Shown here piece by piece: positions 20,508-30,185 of a stretch of 51,730 nucleotides of DNA. Position 1 is the first letter of the stretch, and each line of letters begins with the position of its first letter. The notes beneath the pieces are model-generated. The model was not told the origin of the DNA. It searched no databases and worked only from the letters and a program-made list of their open reading frames with translations. The position numbers and the translations under genes were made by a program. Origin of the DNA: Methylobacter sp. (GTDB lineage: Bacteria; Pseudomonadota; Gammaproteobacteria; Methylococcales; Methylomonadaceae); contig JADHTX010000001.1 of assembly GCA_016784875.1 (NCBI GenBank), forward strand, positions 1 to 51,730. The letters are read 5' to 3'.

Positions 20508-21433
20508 ACAAGCCGTCGCATTGGGCCGCGAAGGGGGAATGGAGTCTGGTCTGGGGCATGCGTGTTTTGTTGCGCGTTTACCTGTTATTCGGGCGTACCG
20601 TGTTGCAGTGGTTTTTATATCCGGTGGTCAGTTATTACTGGCTGGCGAATAAGTCGGGCAGAGAGGCTAGCCAGGCCTATCTACGGCGCATTGCCAAGCT
20701 TTCGCCCGTATCCAATATAAGCGGAAATCTCTGGGACAGTTATCGGCATTTCATCAGTTTTGCTAACGCGATTACCGATAAGTTGGCGGCCTGGTCAGGC
20801 GCGTTGTCGCTGGCCGACGTGGAGTATCGGGGACGCGAAGTGTTGCTGGCTCAAATCATGACGGGGAAGGGCGCAATCCTGTTAGGTTCGCATTTAGGTA
20901 ATCTTGAAGTCTGCCGCATGATTGCCGATTTGGATGGGGCGTCTCGCATTAACGTACTGGTACATACCAAGCATGCTGAGAAGTTTAATAAATTGTTACG
21001 GAAAACCAATGAAAACAGCGGCTTAAATCTGATTCAGGTGACCGAGATTAGCGCCGCTACCGCCATGTTGCTGAGCGATAAGATCGATAACGGCGAATTG
21101 ATCATTATTACCGCCGACCGGACGCCGGTCAGTCAAAATTCGAGGATCAGTCGAGCCGAATTTCTGGGGGCTGAGGCATTATTTCCGCAAGGGCCGTTTA
21201 TCTTGGCCTCGTTGCTTAAATGTCCGGTTTATACCCTGTTTTGCCTTAAGCAACAGGGCAAGCAGGTGATCTATTTTGAACATTTCAGCGATGGCTTAAC
21301 GTTCCCTAGAAAAACCCGCGAGCAAGCCATGCAACAAACCATACAGCGCTATGCAAAGCGCCTGGAACACTATTGCTTAACAGAGCCGTTACAATGGTTT
21401 AACTTTTTCGACTTTTGGCGGCAGGATGAATAG
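20504..21433 (+). CDS. LpxL-like acyltransferase (C-terminal half of ApeJ-type proteins)
   Basis: SHLGNLE, ADRTP, P.GPF.LA, PLQWFNFFDFW. Confidence 0.85.
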   Translation: MNKPSHWAAKGEWSLVWGMRVLLRVYLLFGRTVLQWFLYPVVSYYWLANKSGREASQAYLRRIAKLSPVSNISGNLWDSYRHFISFANAITDKLAAWSGALSLADVEYRGREVLLAQIMTGKGAILLGSHLGNLEVCRMIADLDGASRINVLVHTKHAEKFNKLLRKTNENSGLNLIQVTEISAATAMLLSDKIDNGELIIITADRTPVSQNSRISRAEFLGAEALFPQGPFILASLLKCPVYTLFCLKQQGKQVIYFEHFSDGLTFPRKTREQAMQQTIQRYAKRLEHYCLTEPLQWFNFFDFWRQDE

Positions 21434-22958
21434 TAACAATACCGTGGTTTTTGATGGGCAGACGCTGACCATTGAGGATATTTGCAAGATAGCCAAGCAA
21501 CAAACGCCGATTGAATTGAGTCGGCAGCCCGAGTTTATCGAACGCATCGACAAAGGCGCACGGTTTATCGACACCTTATTAAAAGAGGAAGGCTTTGTTT
21601 ACGGCGTAACCACCGGTTACGGGGAATCCTGTACGGTATCCATTCCGCTCCATTTGGTCGAGCAATTGCCCAAACAGCTTTATACCTTTCATGGTTGCGG
21701 GCTGGGCGATCATTTCGATGCTCAGCAAACACGAGCCATTTTAGCGGTGCGAGTGACCAGTTTGGCAAGAGGTTTTTCCGGGGTACGCTACAAGTTATTG
21801 CAACAGCTGGTTGAATTATTGAGGCAGGATATTCTGCCGATAATCCCGCAGGAAGGCTCGGTTGGCGCCAGCGGCGATTTAACGCCATTGTCTTATGTGG
21901 CCGCAGTTTTGGCCGGTGAGCGGGATGTCTTGTATCAGGGGCAACGGCAAGCTGCGCAAACCGTTTTTGCCAAGCTTCATATCGAAGCGCTGACCTTAAA
22001 ACCTAAAGAAGGCTTGGCGATTATGAACGGCACCGCCGCCATGACCGGCATCGCCTGTCTGGCTTATCAACGTGCCGAATATCTATCCCGTTTGACCACA
22101 CGTATCACTAGCTTGGCTTCAATTGCTTTAAACGGTAATGCCTACCATTTTGATGAAAAACTGTTTTCGGTCAAACCGCATCCCGGACAAAACCGAGTCG
22201 CCGAGAGGCTGCGTGCGGATTTGCAGTTGCAGCAGAGCGCGCCGCGTCACGATACCCGCTTGCAGGATCGCTATTCCTTGCGTTGCGCGCCGCATATCAT
22301 CGGTGTCTTGGAAGATTCCTTGCCCTGGCTTAGGCAGTTTATCGAAAACGAATTGAATAGCGCCAACGACAACCCGATTATCGATGCCGAAGGCGAGCAT
22401 GTTTTACATGGCGGCCATTTTTACGGCGGTCATATTGCCTTTGCAATGGACGGCTTAAAAACCGCCGTAGCCAATCTAGCCGATTTAATGGACAGGCAAA
22501 TGGCGCAGTTGATGGATCCCAAATTCAATCAGGGCTTGCCGGCCAACCTTTCCGGCGCGGTTGGCGAGAAAGCCTTGCTGAGTCACGGCTTTAAGGCCTT
22601 GCAAATCGCCGTATCCGCCTGGACGGCGGAAGCCCTTAAGCTGACCATGCCTGCCAGCGTGTTTTCCCGTTCTACTGAATGCCACAATCAGGACAAAGTC
22701 AGCATGGGCACCATCGCCGCCCGAGATTGCATCCGTATTTTGGAGTTGACCGAACAGGTTGCTGTGGCTGTTTTACTCGCAGTTGTTCAGGGTGTGGAGT
22801 TGCGCGGTAATATGGATGGCTTAAGTCCGGCGCTTAAAAATACCGTAAAGCAATTGCGTACGCATAGTCCGTTTTTAAGTGCCGATCGGGCCTTGGAGCA
22901 AGAGCTGCGGCTGTGTTTGGGATTGAGTCGACAGCAGCATTGGGATTTATATGACTAA
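21426..22958 (+). CDS. Aromatic amino acid ammonia-lyase (HAL/PAL/TAL family)
   Basis: YGVTTGYG, GSVGASGDL (MIO-forming ASG), QDRYSLRC, NSANDNP, NQDKVSMG. Confidence 0.92.
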   Translation: MNSNNTVVFDGQTLTIEDICKIAKQQTPIELSRQPEFIERIDKGARFIDTLLKEEGFVYGVTTGYGESCTVSIPLHLVEQLPKQLYTFHGCGLGDHFDAQQTRAILAVRVTSLARGFSGVRYKLLQQLVELLRQDILPIIPQEGSVGASGDLTPLSYVAAVLAGERDVLYQGQRQAAQTVFAKLHIEALTLKPKEGLAIMNGTAAMTGIACLAYQRAEYLSRLTTRITSLASIALNGNAYHFDEKLFSVKPHPGQNRVAERLRADLQLQQSAPRHDTRLQDRYSLRCAPHIIGVLEDSLPWLRQFIENELNSANDNPIIDAEGEHVLHGGHFYGGHIAFAMDGLKTAVANLADLMDRQMAQLMDPKFNQGLPANLSGAVGEKALLSHGFKALQIAVSAWTAEALKLTMPASVFSRSTECHNQDKVSMGTIAARDCIRILELTEQVAVAVLLAVVQGVELRGNMDGLSPALKNTVKQLRTHSPFLSADRALEQELRLCLGLSRQQHWDLYD

Positions 22959-23070
22959 CGCCTATCAGGCGCTACGCTAAACGAGATAATACCTTATTAA
23001 TACCCGATAAAATGGGTTCCGCATCATTCCTTTTATGATGCTTTATGCCAATTTTTCTTAAAAAGAAATT

Positions 23071-24210
23071 ATGACTTTACCTAACTCAAATTCTATTGCG
23101 ACATCATTACCTTTATATAATTTTTCCGGCGGTGTTGGACTTTTACCGCCGACAGTTATTTCTGAAGCTCAACAAGCCATATTAGAGGTGCCGGGAACAA
23201 GAATATCCGCCTTAGTGATTAATCATCGCTCCCAGCTTTGTCGGGATATATTGGATGAGACGGAAAAGAATTTAAGAACCCTGCTCACTATTCCTGATAA
23301 TTACCATATTCTTTTTTTACAAGGCGGAGCAAGTCTGCAATTTTCGATGATTCCGATGAATCTTTGGGTAAATAAAAACCAACCTGTCGATTATCTCGTT
23401 TCCGGTTATTGGAGTTCTAAAGCTATTAAGGAAGCGGAAATAGAGAAAAAAAACGTTAATATAATTTGGAATGGCAAAGCGCAAAAATTTGTCAGAGTTC
23501 CCCGGCCCGATGAATACCAAATCGATCCCGATGCCGCCTATGTTCATTATTACTCTAATGAAACTGTCGAAGGATTGCAGTTTGAAAATCCCTTAGAAAC
23601 TGGAGATATACCGTTGGTATGCGATATGTCTTCGGATTTCCTCGCTAAACCCATCGACATTAGCAAATACGCTTTGATCTATGCCCACGCCCAAAAAAAT
23701 ATCGGCGCGGCGGGAGTGACAGTGGTTATTATCCGGGACGATTTACTGGAATGCATTCCCGATAATATTCCCACTATTCTCGATTATCGTCCCCATGTCG
23801 AAATGAAATCTATCTATAACACGCCGCCTATTTTTGCGATTTATGTGGTGTTATTAGTTACCCGTTGGCTGCTTAACGATATAGGCGGCTTGACGAATAT
23901 GGCCCAACAAAGCCAACATAAAGCGGCTCTTCTTTATAAAGCTATCGATGAATCTCAAGGCTTTTATCGAGGCCACGCCCAAGTTGACAGTCGGTCGCTT
24001 ATTAATGTGGTTTTTAATCTGGCTACGCCAAATTTAGAAAGGCAATTTATAGAAACTGCTGAACGACTGGGTATTATCGGTTTGGAAGGACACCGTTCGC
24101 TTGGAGGTATCCGCGCCTCTTTATACAATTCTATGCCTGTCGAAGGCGCTCTGTATTTACAAAATTTTATGCTGGAGTTTCAACAGCAATTCAAAGGTCA
24201 GCAGCAGTAA
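23071..24210 (+). CDS. serC: Phosphoserine aminotransferase-like protein (divergent SerC paralog)
   Basis: FLQGGASLQF, CDMSSD, AQKNIG (PLP Lys), NTPP, GHRSLGGIRASLYN. Confidence 0.85.
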   Translation: MTLPNSNSIATSLPLYNFSGGVGLLPPTVISEAQQAILEVPGTRISALVINHRSQLCRDILDETEKNLRTLLTIPDNYHILFLQGGASLQFSMIPMNLWVNKNQPVDYLVSGYWSSKAIKEAEIEKKNVNIIWNGKAQKFVRVPRPDEYQIDPDAAYVHYYSNETVEGLQFENPLETGDIPLVCDMSSDFLAKPIDISKYALIYAHAQKNIGAAGVTVVIIRDDLLECIPDNIPTILDYRPHVEMKSIYNTPPIFAIYVVLLVTRWLLNDIGGLTNMAQQSQHKAALLYKAIDESQGFYRGHAQVDSRSLINVVFNLATPNLERQFIETAERLGIIGLEGHRSLGGIRASLYNSMPVEGALYLQNFMLEFQQQFKGQQQ

Positions 24211-24269
24211 TTCGAATGTCCGTATTCGTATCTAAGCTTGGAAAAGCAACATGTCTTTAAGCGATAAAC

Positions 24270-24311
24270 CTAAAAACATTAGTTCACCACAGAGGCACGG
24301 AGAGCACAGAG
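24270..24311. repeat. 42-bp dispersed repeat, copy B (inverted relative to copy A)
   Basis: CTAAAAACATTAGTTCACCACAGAGGCACGGAGAGCACAGAG; a partial inverted partner lies at about 24490-24505. Confidence 0.8.
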
Positions 24312-24406
24312 TAAAATTATCGGCTTTAAAAAAACATTTCTATACTCGTTGGGTGAGCGACTGATAAGGAACGAGCATGAAATAAGGTGGACAACTTCGT
24401 GCGGCT

Positions 24407-24450
24407 GGAGTGCAAGCTTTGCTTGCTTATGCAGGCGAAGCCTGCACTCC
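24407..24450. repeat. REP-like palindrome
   Basis: GGAGTGCAAGCTTTGCTTGC-ttat-GCAGGCGAAGCCTGCACTCC, arms 17/20 complementary. Confidence 0.7.
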
Positions 24451-24603
24451 GACTATTGGTAACTTGCCTAAGTTTATAACACGTTGATTCTATGTGTCTC
24501 TGTGCTTAACAACTGAGTGAACATTCGAGTCAGTTTGGAATCGCGACGCCATCACTCATTTTTTTGCTATGGTGCGCTACGATTTCTGGGTCTTTAATCG
24601 ATT

Positions 24604-25179
24604 TTAGCATCGCTTGCGAATGACAAAAAGCCTGGGTGCCGTGTCTTTAGGTTCGGCGCTGTAAATCGTGTTGATTTCAAATTGCTGAGTATCCAGTCGT
24701 TCGCACCAATGTTTGACCTGATCGGTTTCCATATCGCCGCCTTGGTGTCCTGGATAAGCTAGTAGTGTGATGATGCCGCTGCCTGCTAAAATTCGAGCGG
24801 CGATTGCTAATGCGGTTAATGTCGAATCGCTTAGGGTGATGACGCTTTTATCGCCGCCCGGCAGATAGCCCAGATTAAACATAATGGCCTTGATTTTACC
24901 GTGGAGATGAACGGGGATTTTAGTCTCCATGGTTGCATGGCTGGCATGAATCAGAGTCAAGCAGTCTTGTAATTCGGTTTGCCGGAATTTTTCCAGAGTT
25001 TTATCGATAGCCGCCTGCTGTATATCGAATCCGTAAACGTGGCCGGATGGGGCGATTTGTTCGGCAAGGAACACAGTATCGTGACCGTTGCCCACTGTGG
25101 CATCAATCGCAATATCGCCTGGGTGGAGAATGTCTCGAAGTTGGTTATGGGCTGTGTTAAGCAGCGAAATGCGTTTCAT
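24604..25179 (-). CDS. YtqB/MnmM-like class I SAM methyltransferase
   Basis: AIDATVGNGHDT.FLA, VYGFDIQ, MFNLGYLPGGDK, YPGH.GG..E; ATG at 25179 overlaps upstream gene end. Confidence 0.88.
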   Translation of the reverse strand: MKRISLLNTAHNQLRDILHPGDIAIDATVGNGHDTVFLAEQIAPSGHVYGFDIQQAAIDKTLEKFRQTELQDCLTLIHASHATMETKIPVHLHGKIKAIMFNLGYLPGGDKSVITLSDSTLTALAIAARILAGSGIITLLAYPGHQGGDMETDQVKHWCERLDTQQFEINTIYSAEPKDTAPRLFVIRKRC

Positions 25180-26218
25180 AGTACCGTTCAATATTGCAGG
25201 TGTCGGCTAAGGGGATGTCGTTTAATAAGGTATTGGCAAAGTGTTGGCTGTACCAAGGTATTTGCAAGCTGCCTTTGGCGCCGAAACCGTTAAAAATTGC
25301 CAGTTGCTTGTGCTTTGAATGCCGGCCGATAAAGGGTTGTTTATCCAGGGTGCAAGGCCGGATATTGGCTTGATGGTTGATCAGGGTTGTCTGTGTAATG
25401 TCGGTTGAGACTTGATTGAGTGAGCTTAACAAGTCGTTTTTGCCCTGCTCGGTAATCTCAGTGTTCAAGTTCTCACGGTCGAAAGTTGCGCCGATGCGGA
25501 TTTGACGGCTGTTTAACGGAATCAGCCAATTACCGTAATTGAGGATTTTATCGGGCAAGTGAGCTTGGTGTTCCAGCGTTAAAATTTCGCCTTTGACGGA
25601 CTGAAAAGGCAAGCAGGAAAACCAGGGGTTTTGGCTTGCCTGATGTCCTTCGCAGAAAATAATGCATTTTGGATAAATATCCTGCCAGCGTAACGACGGC
25701 TCAAACCGGATGTCTTGATAATCAAAATCAGCCTGCCGATAACTGTTTTGGGCAATGAAAAACGCTTTCAAGCGGCTTAATAACGGGCGGGTTTGTAAAT
25801 AGCCGGTTTGTTTTTGTTCCAAAAAGCCGAACGGAGTTGCAAGATGTTTAATGGGCTTGCCCGGTGGCTGCATGCCGCCCAAGTAGGCTTGATAGGCGGG
25901 GTTGTTAAGGCGCTTGTCGGCGTTTTTAGCTTCGCTATTGCTACGGAAAATCCGCAGCATCGATTTTTCTATATAGAATTCGTGCCGGAAAAAATCGGCT
26001 AACTGGGCATAACGGTGTTTTGCGCTCGGCAGCAGCGTATCCACATCGGTAGACTTGACGAAGCGCATGCCGGTAACCGGGTTAATTAGTCCTGCGGCGA
26101 CTTGGGAGGCGTTTTCCTGACCGTTATCGACAATGACGACTGTGCAGCCGCGATGTATGAGCTCCCATGCCAGCAAGCTTCCGGCCAGTCCTTGGCCGAT
26201 GATGAGGAAGTCGGTCAA
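25157..26218 (-). CDS. FAD-dependent oxidoreductase (DAO/MnmC1-like)
   Basis: IIGQGLAG Rossmann motif, ASQVAAGLINPVTG, VKGEIL, IGATFD, RP...D..P.IG, NGFGAKG; TTG start. Confidence 0.85.
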   Translation of the reverse strand: MTDFLIIGQGLAGSLLAWELIHRGCTVVIVDNGQENASQVAAGLINPVTGMRFVKSTDVDTLLPSAKHRYAQLADFFRHEFYIEKSMLRIFRSNSEAKNADKRLNNPAYQAYLGGMQPPGKPIKHLATPFGFLEQKQTGYLQTRPLLSRLKAFFIAQNSYRQADFDYQDIRFEPSLRWQDIYPKCIIFCEGHQASQNPWFSCLPFQSVKGEILTLEHQAHLPDKILNYGNWLIPLNSRQIRIGATFDRENLNTEITEQGKNDLLSSLNQVSTDITQTTLINHQANIRPCTLDKQPFIGRHSKHKQLAIFNGFGAKGSLQIPWYSQHFANTLLNDIPLADTCNIERYYETHFAA

Positions 26219-26220
26219 TC

Positions 26221-26574
26221 TTATTTAGCCGTCAACGCCACGTCTTTAAAACGAATGCCATCCCAGCCGTATTGCATGAAATTCCTGATGTTTTGGTGAC
26301 CTGTGCCGTGCGGATCGTTTAAAACATCCAGCCGGTAATAGTCGCCGAACAGGTTTAAGGTCTGTTGTTGATCGAGTTGGTTGAGTTGGGCGAAGGCGAA
26401 AATCTTGCAGGAGCCTTCGTTGGTACCTGCTTTATTAACCAGCAATTGCTCATTCAGGCCGTTGCAAAACTCGGTGGCTTGGTAATGGTAGTTTTCGGTA
26501 ATGACCGAGATAGTTTCATCGAAACTGACAGGGTCATTATTTTTTATTTTTTCAATAAAAGAGATAAGCGACAT
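26221..26574 (-). CDS. HopJ type III effector-like protein
   Basis: N.AGTNEGSCKIFAFA, FGDYYR.DVL..P.G..HQNIRNFM..GW.GI.F. Confidence 0.85.
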   Translation of the reverse strand: MSLISFIEKIKNNDPVSFDETISVITENYHYQATEFCNGLNEQLLVNKAGTNEGSCKIFAFAQLNQLDQQQTLNLFGDYYRLDVLNDPHGTGHQNIRNFMQYGWDGIRFKDVALTAK

Positions 26575-26598
26575 GGGTAAAGATTAAGGCAAAAGGGG

Positions 26599-27165
26599 TT
26601 AGCGGAGTAATCCTGAAATCTTTTTAAAATCAGGATGGGTGGAATCTTTGAGCCATTCGAATAACACCGATTCATAATTGGTAATGGTCGCTGTTTGTTG
26701 TTGCATGCGTTGCAAGGCATAGAATTTATGTTCCGCTTTGCGTGAGCAGACGGCATCTTCAACGACATGCACCTGATAGCCTAAATGCAGTAATTCCAAT
26801 GCGGTCTGCAATACGCAAACATGGGCTTCCTGACCGACTAATATGACTTGCTTGCGGTCGGTGTTGGCTACGGTGTCGGTAAAGCCTTCAGCCGCACAAC
26901 AGGAAAATCCGGTCTTGTCGAAAATCAGGGTGTCTTCCGACAAGATGTCGGTGATATTCGTGTCGGTAGCGCCCAAGCCTTTTGGATATTGTTCTGTTAA
27001 TAATACCGGGATGCTTAACAGTCCGGCGGCTTCGACAAGGCTGCGGGCGTTGGCTGTCATCAGTTCCGCTTCGGCTTCAGGCATGACAGCCGACAAGGTT
27101 GTCTGTAAATCGACGACGATTAATAGGCTATTTTGTGTAGACAGGAGGTTAGGGTGTGTAGTCAT
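26599..27165 (-). CDS. Isochorismatase family hydrolase
   Basis: VVDLQ, TEQYPKGLG.T, K..FSC, G.EAHVCVLQT, DAVCSR. Confidence 0.9.
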   Translation of the reverse strand: MTTHPNLLSTQNSLLIVVDLQTTLSAVMPEAEAELMTANARSLVEAAGLLSIPVLLTEQYPKGLGATDTNITDILSEDTLIFDKTGFSCCAAEGFTDTVANTDRKQVILVGQEAHVCVLQTALELLHLGYQVHVVEDAVCSRKAEHKFYALQRMQQQTATITNYESVLFEWLKDSTHPDFKKISGLLR

Positions 27166-27208
27166 TTTAATTTTGGGGAAGTGTTTAGGGAAAGAAGGCT
27201 AAAAACAG

Positions 27209-27694
27209 TTAGCCTTTCTTCATGATTCGGGCTTTTTCACGTTGCCAATCGCGGTCTTTCGAGGTGGCGCGTTTGTCGTGTAATTGCTTGCCTTTGGCTA
27301 GGCCGATTTCCAGTTTGGCTCTGCCGTTTTTCCAGTACATCTTCAACGGAATCAGGGTGTAGCCCTTGCGTTCGACCGAGCCGATCAGCTTATTGAGTTC
27401 ATGCCGGTGCAATAGCAGTTTTTTAGCACGGATAGAATCGGGGTTAACGTGAGTGGATGCCGATAGCAATGGCGATATATGCGCACCGGACAGCCAGGCT
27501 TCGCCCCGCCTAATCACTACGTAACTTTCTTTGAGTTGGATGCGACCATCCCTCAGACTTTTCACTTCCCAGCCTTCCAAAACAACCCCGGCCTCAAACC
27601 GTTCTTCAATCGAATACTCATGAGTAGCCTGACGATTAACGGCAATGGTAGCGTTTTGCTGCTTGGTATTTTTCTTAGACTTTTTATCGGCCAT
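27209..27694 (-). CDS. smpB: SsrA-binding protein
   Basis: [40 protein letters not shown]. Confidence 0.97.
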   Translation of the reverse strand: MADKKSKKNTKQQNATIAVNRQATHEYSIEERFEAGVVLEGWEVKSLRDGRIQLKESYVVIRRGEAWLSGAHISPLLSASTHVNPDSIRAKKLLLHRHELNKLIGSVERKGYTLIPLKMYWKNGRAKLEIGLAKGKQLHDKRATSKDRDWQREKARIMKKG

Positions 27695-27836
27695 AAGTGC
27701 GGATTAGGATTTTTAAACTGACGTAAAGGAATAATTTTGCTATTTTACTCGATATTACTGCATTAGTCAGAAAAGCTCGCCACGAAAGAAATATCCGTGG
27801 CGAATTGATAACCTTTACGTTTTTACAGGCGCACAA

Positions 27837-29198
27837 ATGACGGATACAAAAAAATCAATACATGGTGAATGGTCATCACGTTTCGCATTTATTCTGGCGG
27901 CGACAGGTTCCGCAGTCGGCTTGGGTAATATTTGGAAGTTTCCCTATATTGCCGGAGAAAATGGCGGCGGAGCATTTGTCATCGTCTACTTGTTGTGCGT
28001 GGTACTGATCGGTATCCCCATCATGATGGCTGAAACCCTGCTCGGGCGGCGCAGTCGGCAGAATCCGATTAACACCATGAAGGCTCTGGCCGAGGAAGCC
28101 GGAGCCGATAAGAATTGGCATTATTTAGGTTGGATGGGCGTTATTGCCGGCTTTTTAATACTTTCGTATTACAGTGTCATTGCAGGCTGGGCTTCCGCTT
28201 ATGTCTTCAAGGATTTTACCGGCAGTTTTTTCGATGCCGACGCCTCAGAGATAAAAGGCCTGTTCGACAGCTTTATTGCCAGTCCGGTGCAGTTGATTTT
28301 TTGGCATAGCCTGTTCATGCTGGCGACTATGGTTGTTGTTGCGCGCGGCGTTAATTCCGGTATTGAGAAGGCCGTACGTTTTTTAATGCCCAGTTTGTTT
28401 GTGATGCTGGTATTACTGGTGGCTTATGCAATGACTACCGGTAGCTACGATGAAGGCATTGAGTTCTTATTCATGCCCGATTTTAGCAAACTGACCGGCG
28501 ATAGCGTATTAACCGCCATGGGGCATGCTTTTTTTACCCTCAGTTTAGGCATGGGCGCGATCATGATTTACGGCTCATATTTGCCGAAAGACGTGTCGAT
28601 TTCCAAAACCGTATTTTTGATTGCCGGCACCGATACCGTCGTTGCGTTATTGGCGGGTATTGCCATTTTCCCGATTGTTTTTGCCAGTGGGCAGGAGCCA
28701 TCCGCAGGCCCCGGATTGATCTTTCAAACCTTGCCGATTGCATTCGGCAGCATGACCGGCGGCTGGTTATTCGGCTTGTTGTTTTTTGTGATGCTGGTAT
28801 TCGCAGCCTTGTCTTCGTCTATTTCATTGATTGAACCCGCTGTTGCCTGGTTGGTTGAAAATAAAGACATGAACAGAAAACAAGCTTGTATCTGGTCGGG
28901 TTCGGTAACATGGCTGCTGGGATTCGGCACCATTTTTTCATTCAACGTCTGGTCTGAATTCAAGGTTTTCGACCGCACTATTTTTCAATTATTGGATTAT
29001 TTAACCGCTAACTTAATGTTGCCTATCGGCGGTTTTTGTATCGCGGTATTCGCCGGTTGGATTATGACACAGCAACACACCGAGCAGGAACTGAACATGC
29101 CTAGCCCGCGTAACTATCAAGCTTGGAAGATTTTGATTTGCTATGTAGCGCCTGCCGCCGTATTTTTGGTGTTTTTGAATGTGATCGGGGTTCTTTAA
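27837..29198 (+). CDS. Sodium-dependent NSS-family transporter
   Basis: WSSRFAFILAATGSAVGLGNIWKFPY..GENGGGAF; FFTLSLG. Confidence 0.95.
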   Translation: MTDTKKSIHGEWSSRFAFILAATGSAVGLGNIWKFPYIAGENGGGAFVIVYLLCVVLIGIPIMMAETLLGRRSRQNPINTMKALAEEAGADKNWHYLGWMGVIAGFLILSYYSVIAGWASAYVFKDFTGSFFDADASEIKGLFDSFIASPVQLIFWHSLFMLATMVVVARGVNSGIEKAVRFLMPSLFVMLVLLVAYAMTTGSYDEGIEFLFMPDFSKLTGDSVLTAMGHAFFTLSLGMGAIMIYGSYLPKDVSISKTVFLIAGTDTVVALLAGIAIFPIVFASGQEPSAGPGLIFQTLPIAFGSMTGGWLFGLLFFVMLVFAALSSSISLIEPAVAWLVENKDMNRKQACIWSGSVTWLLGFGTIFSFNVWSEFKVFDRTIFQLLDYLTANLMLPIGGFCIAVFAGWIMTQQHTEQELNMPSPRNYQAWKILICYVAPAAVFLVFLNVIGVL

Positions 29199-29200
29199 GG

Positions 29201-29632
29201 ATGACGGTTGTCCAAAAAAGCGCGCTGGTCAAATTTTCAGCCCAGCAGATGTTCGATTTGGTTAACGACATCGAAGCCTATCCGAAGTTTTTGCCTTGGT
29301 GCAGCGGCAGTCGAATCATCAAGCGCGAAGACGACATAGTTGAAGCCGAGTTAGTTATTTCCAAAGGCGGTTTTAACAAGTCCTTTTCGACCCGAAACAA
29401 GATAGATAACGGGCGCAGTATGACGATTTCCCTGTTGAACGGCCCGTTTTCTTCTTTGGAGGGAAGGTGGGAGTTTATACCTTTACGTGAAGATGCCAGC
29501 AAGATTTCCGTAGACCTGGAATTTGAAATGTCGGGAAAGTTGGCAAGCCTGGCTTTTGGCGCGGTCTTTAACCAGATTTGCAACACCATGGTGAGTTCTT
29601 TTACCGCAAGGGCTAAAGAAGTTTATGGTTGA
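29201..29632 (+). CDS. ratA: RatA/CoQ10 START-domain protein
   Basis: SAQQMFDLVNDIEAYPKFLPWC, GPFSSLEGRW; ATG 29201; conserved context. Confidence 0.92.
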   Translation: MTVVQKSALVKFSAQQMFDLVNDIEAYPKFLPWCSGSRIIKREDDIVEAELVISKGGFNKSFSTRNKIDNGRSMTISLLNGPFSSLEGRWEFIPLREDASKISVDLEFEMSGKLASLAFGAVFNQICNTMVSSFTARAKEVYG

Positions 29633-29900
29633 AATCGAAGTGGCATATGCCGACCCTGAACAGCAGGCGATAGTCCCGTTGGCAATGCCGGAAGGTTCAA
29701 GTGTTGAGACCGCAATACAAGCTTCCGGATTGTTGACGCGTTTTCCTGAGATAGCGTTGTCTGAACTTAATGCAGGTGTTTTTGGCGTGGTTTGCAAGCT
29801 GGATCAGACTGTCAAAGAGGGCGATAGAATAGAAATTTATCGGCCTTTGCTGCATGACCCGAAAGAGGCGAGAAGGCAGAGGGTTTTGAAGGGAGGGTGA
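29625..29900 (+). CDS. rnfH: RnfH/RatB ubiquitin-like protein
   Basis: IEVAYA, GVFG, GDRIEIYRPL..DPKEARRQR. Confidence 0.92.
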   Translation: MVEIEVAYADPEQQAIVPLAMPEGSSVETAIQASGLLTRFPEIALSELNAGVFGVVCKLDQTVKEGDRIEIYRPLLHDPKEARRQRVLKGG

Positions 29901-30147
29901 CGTTATAATCAGAGCTAATGTTGATTTGTTACGAGTCGGCAACAATATCAAGTATTGGCTCTCGCATTTCGGCTAATAGCCAATATACGAGATCTTGAAA
30001 AATATGCATTTAAAAATCAGGTGAATACTATAAAGCAGCCGTTCACCGCATCCTATTCAATCGCATGCAAAACAAGCTGCACCGCCGAATACCGAATTAA
30101 TAGCCTGTGCCTATCACTATGCAGAAATAGACAATATTATTTCCCTG

Positions 30148-30185
30148 TGTTACGTTACTGAGTAAATTTACTCAGTAACGTAACA
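30148..30185. promoter_or_regulatory. Perfect 38-bp palindrome immediately before the AAA ATPase start codon
   Basis: TGTTACGTTACTGAGTAAA|TTTACTCAGTAACGTAACA, no spacer, ends 2 nt before ATG 30188. Function is inferred. Confidence 0.7.
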
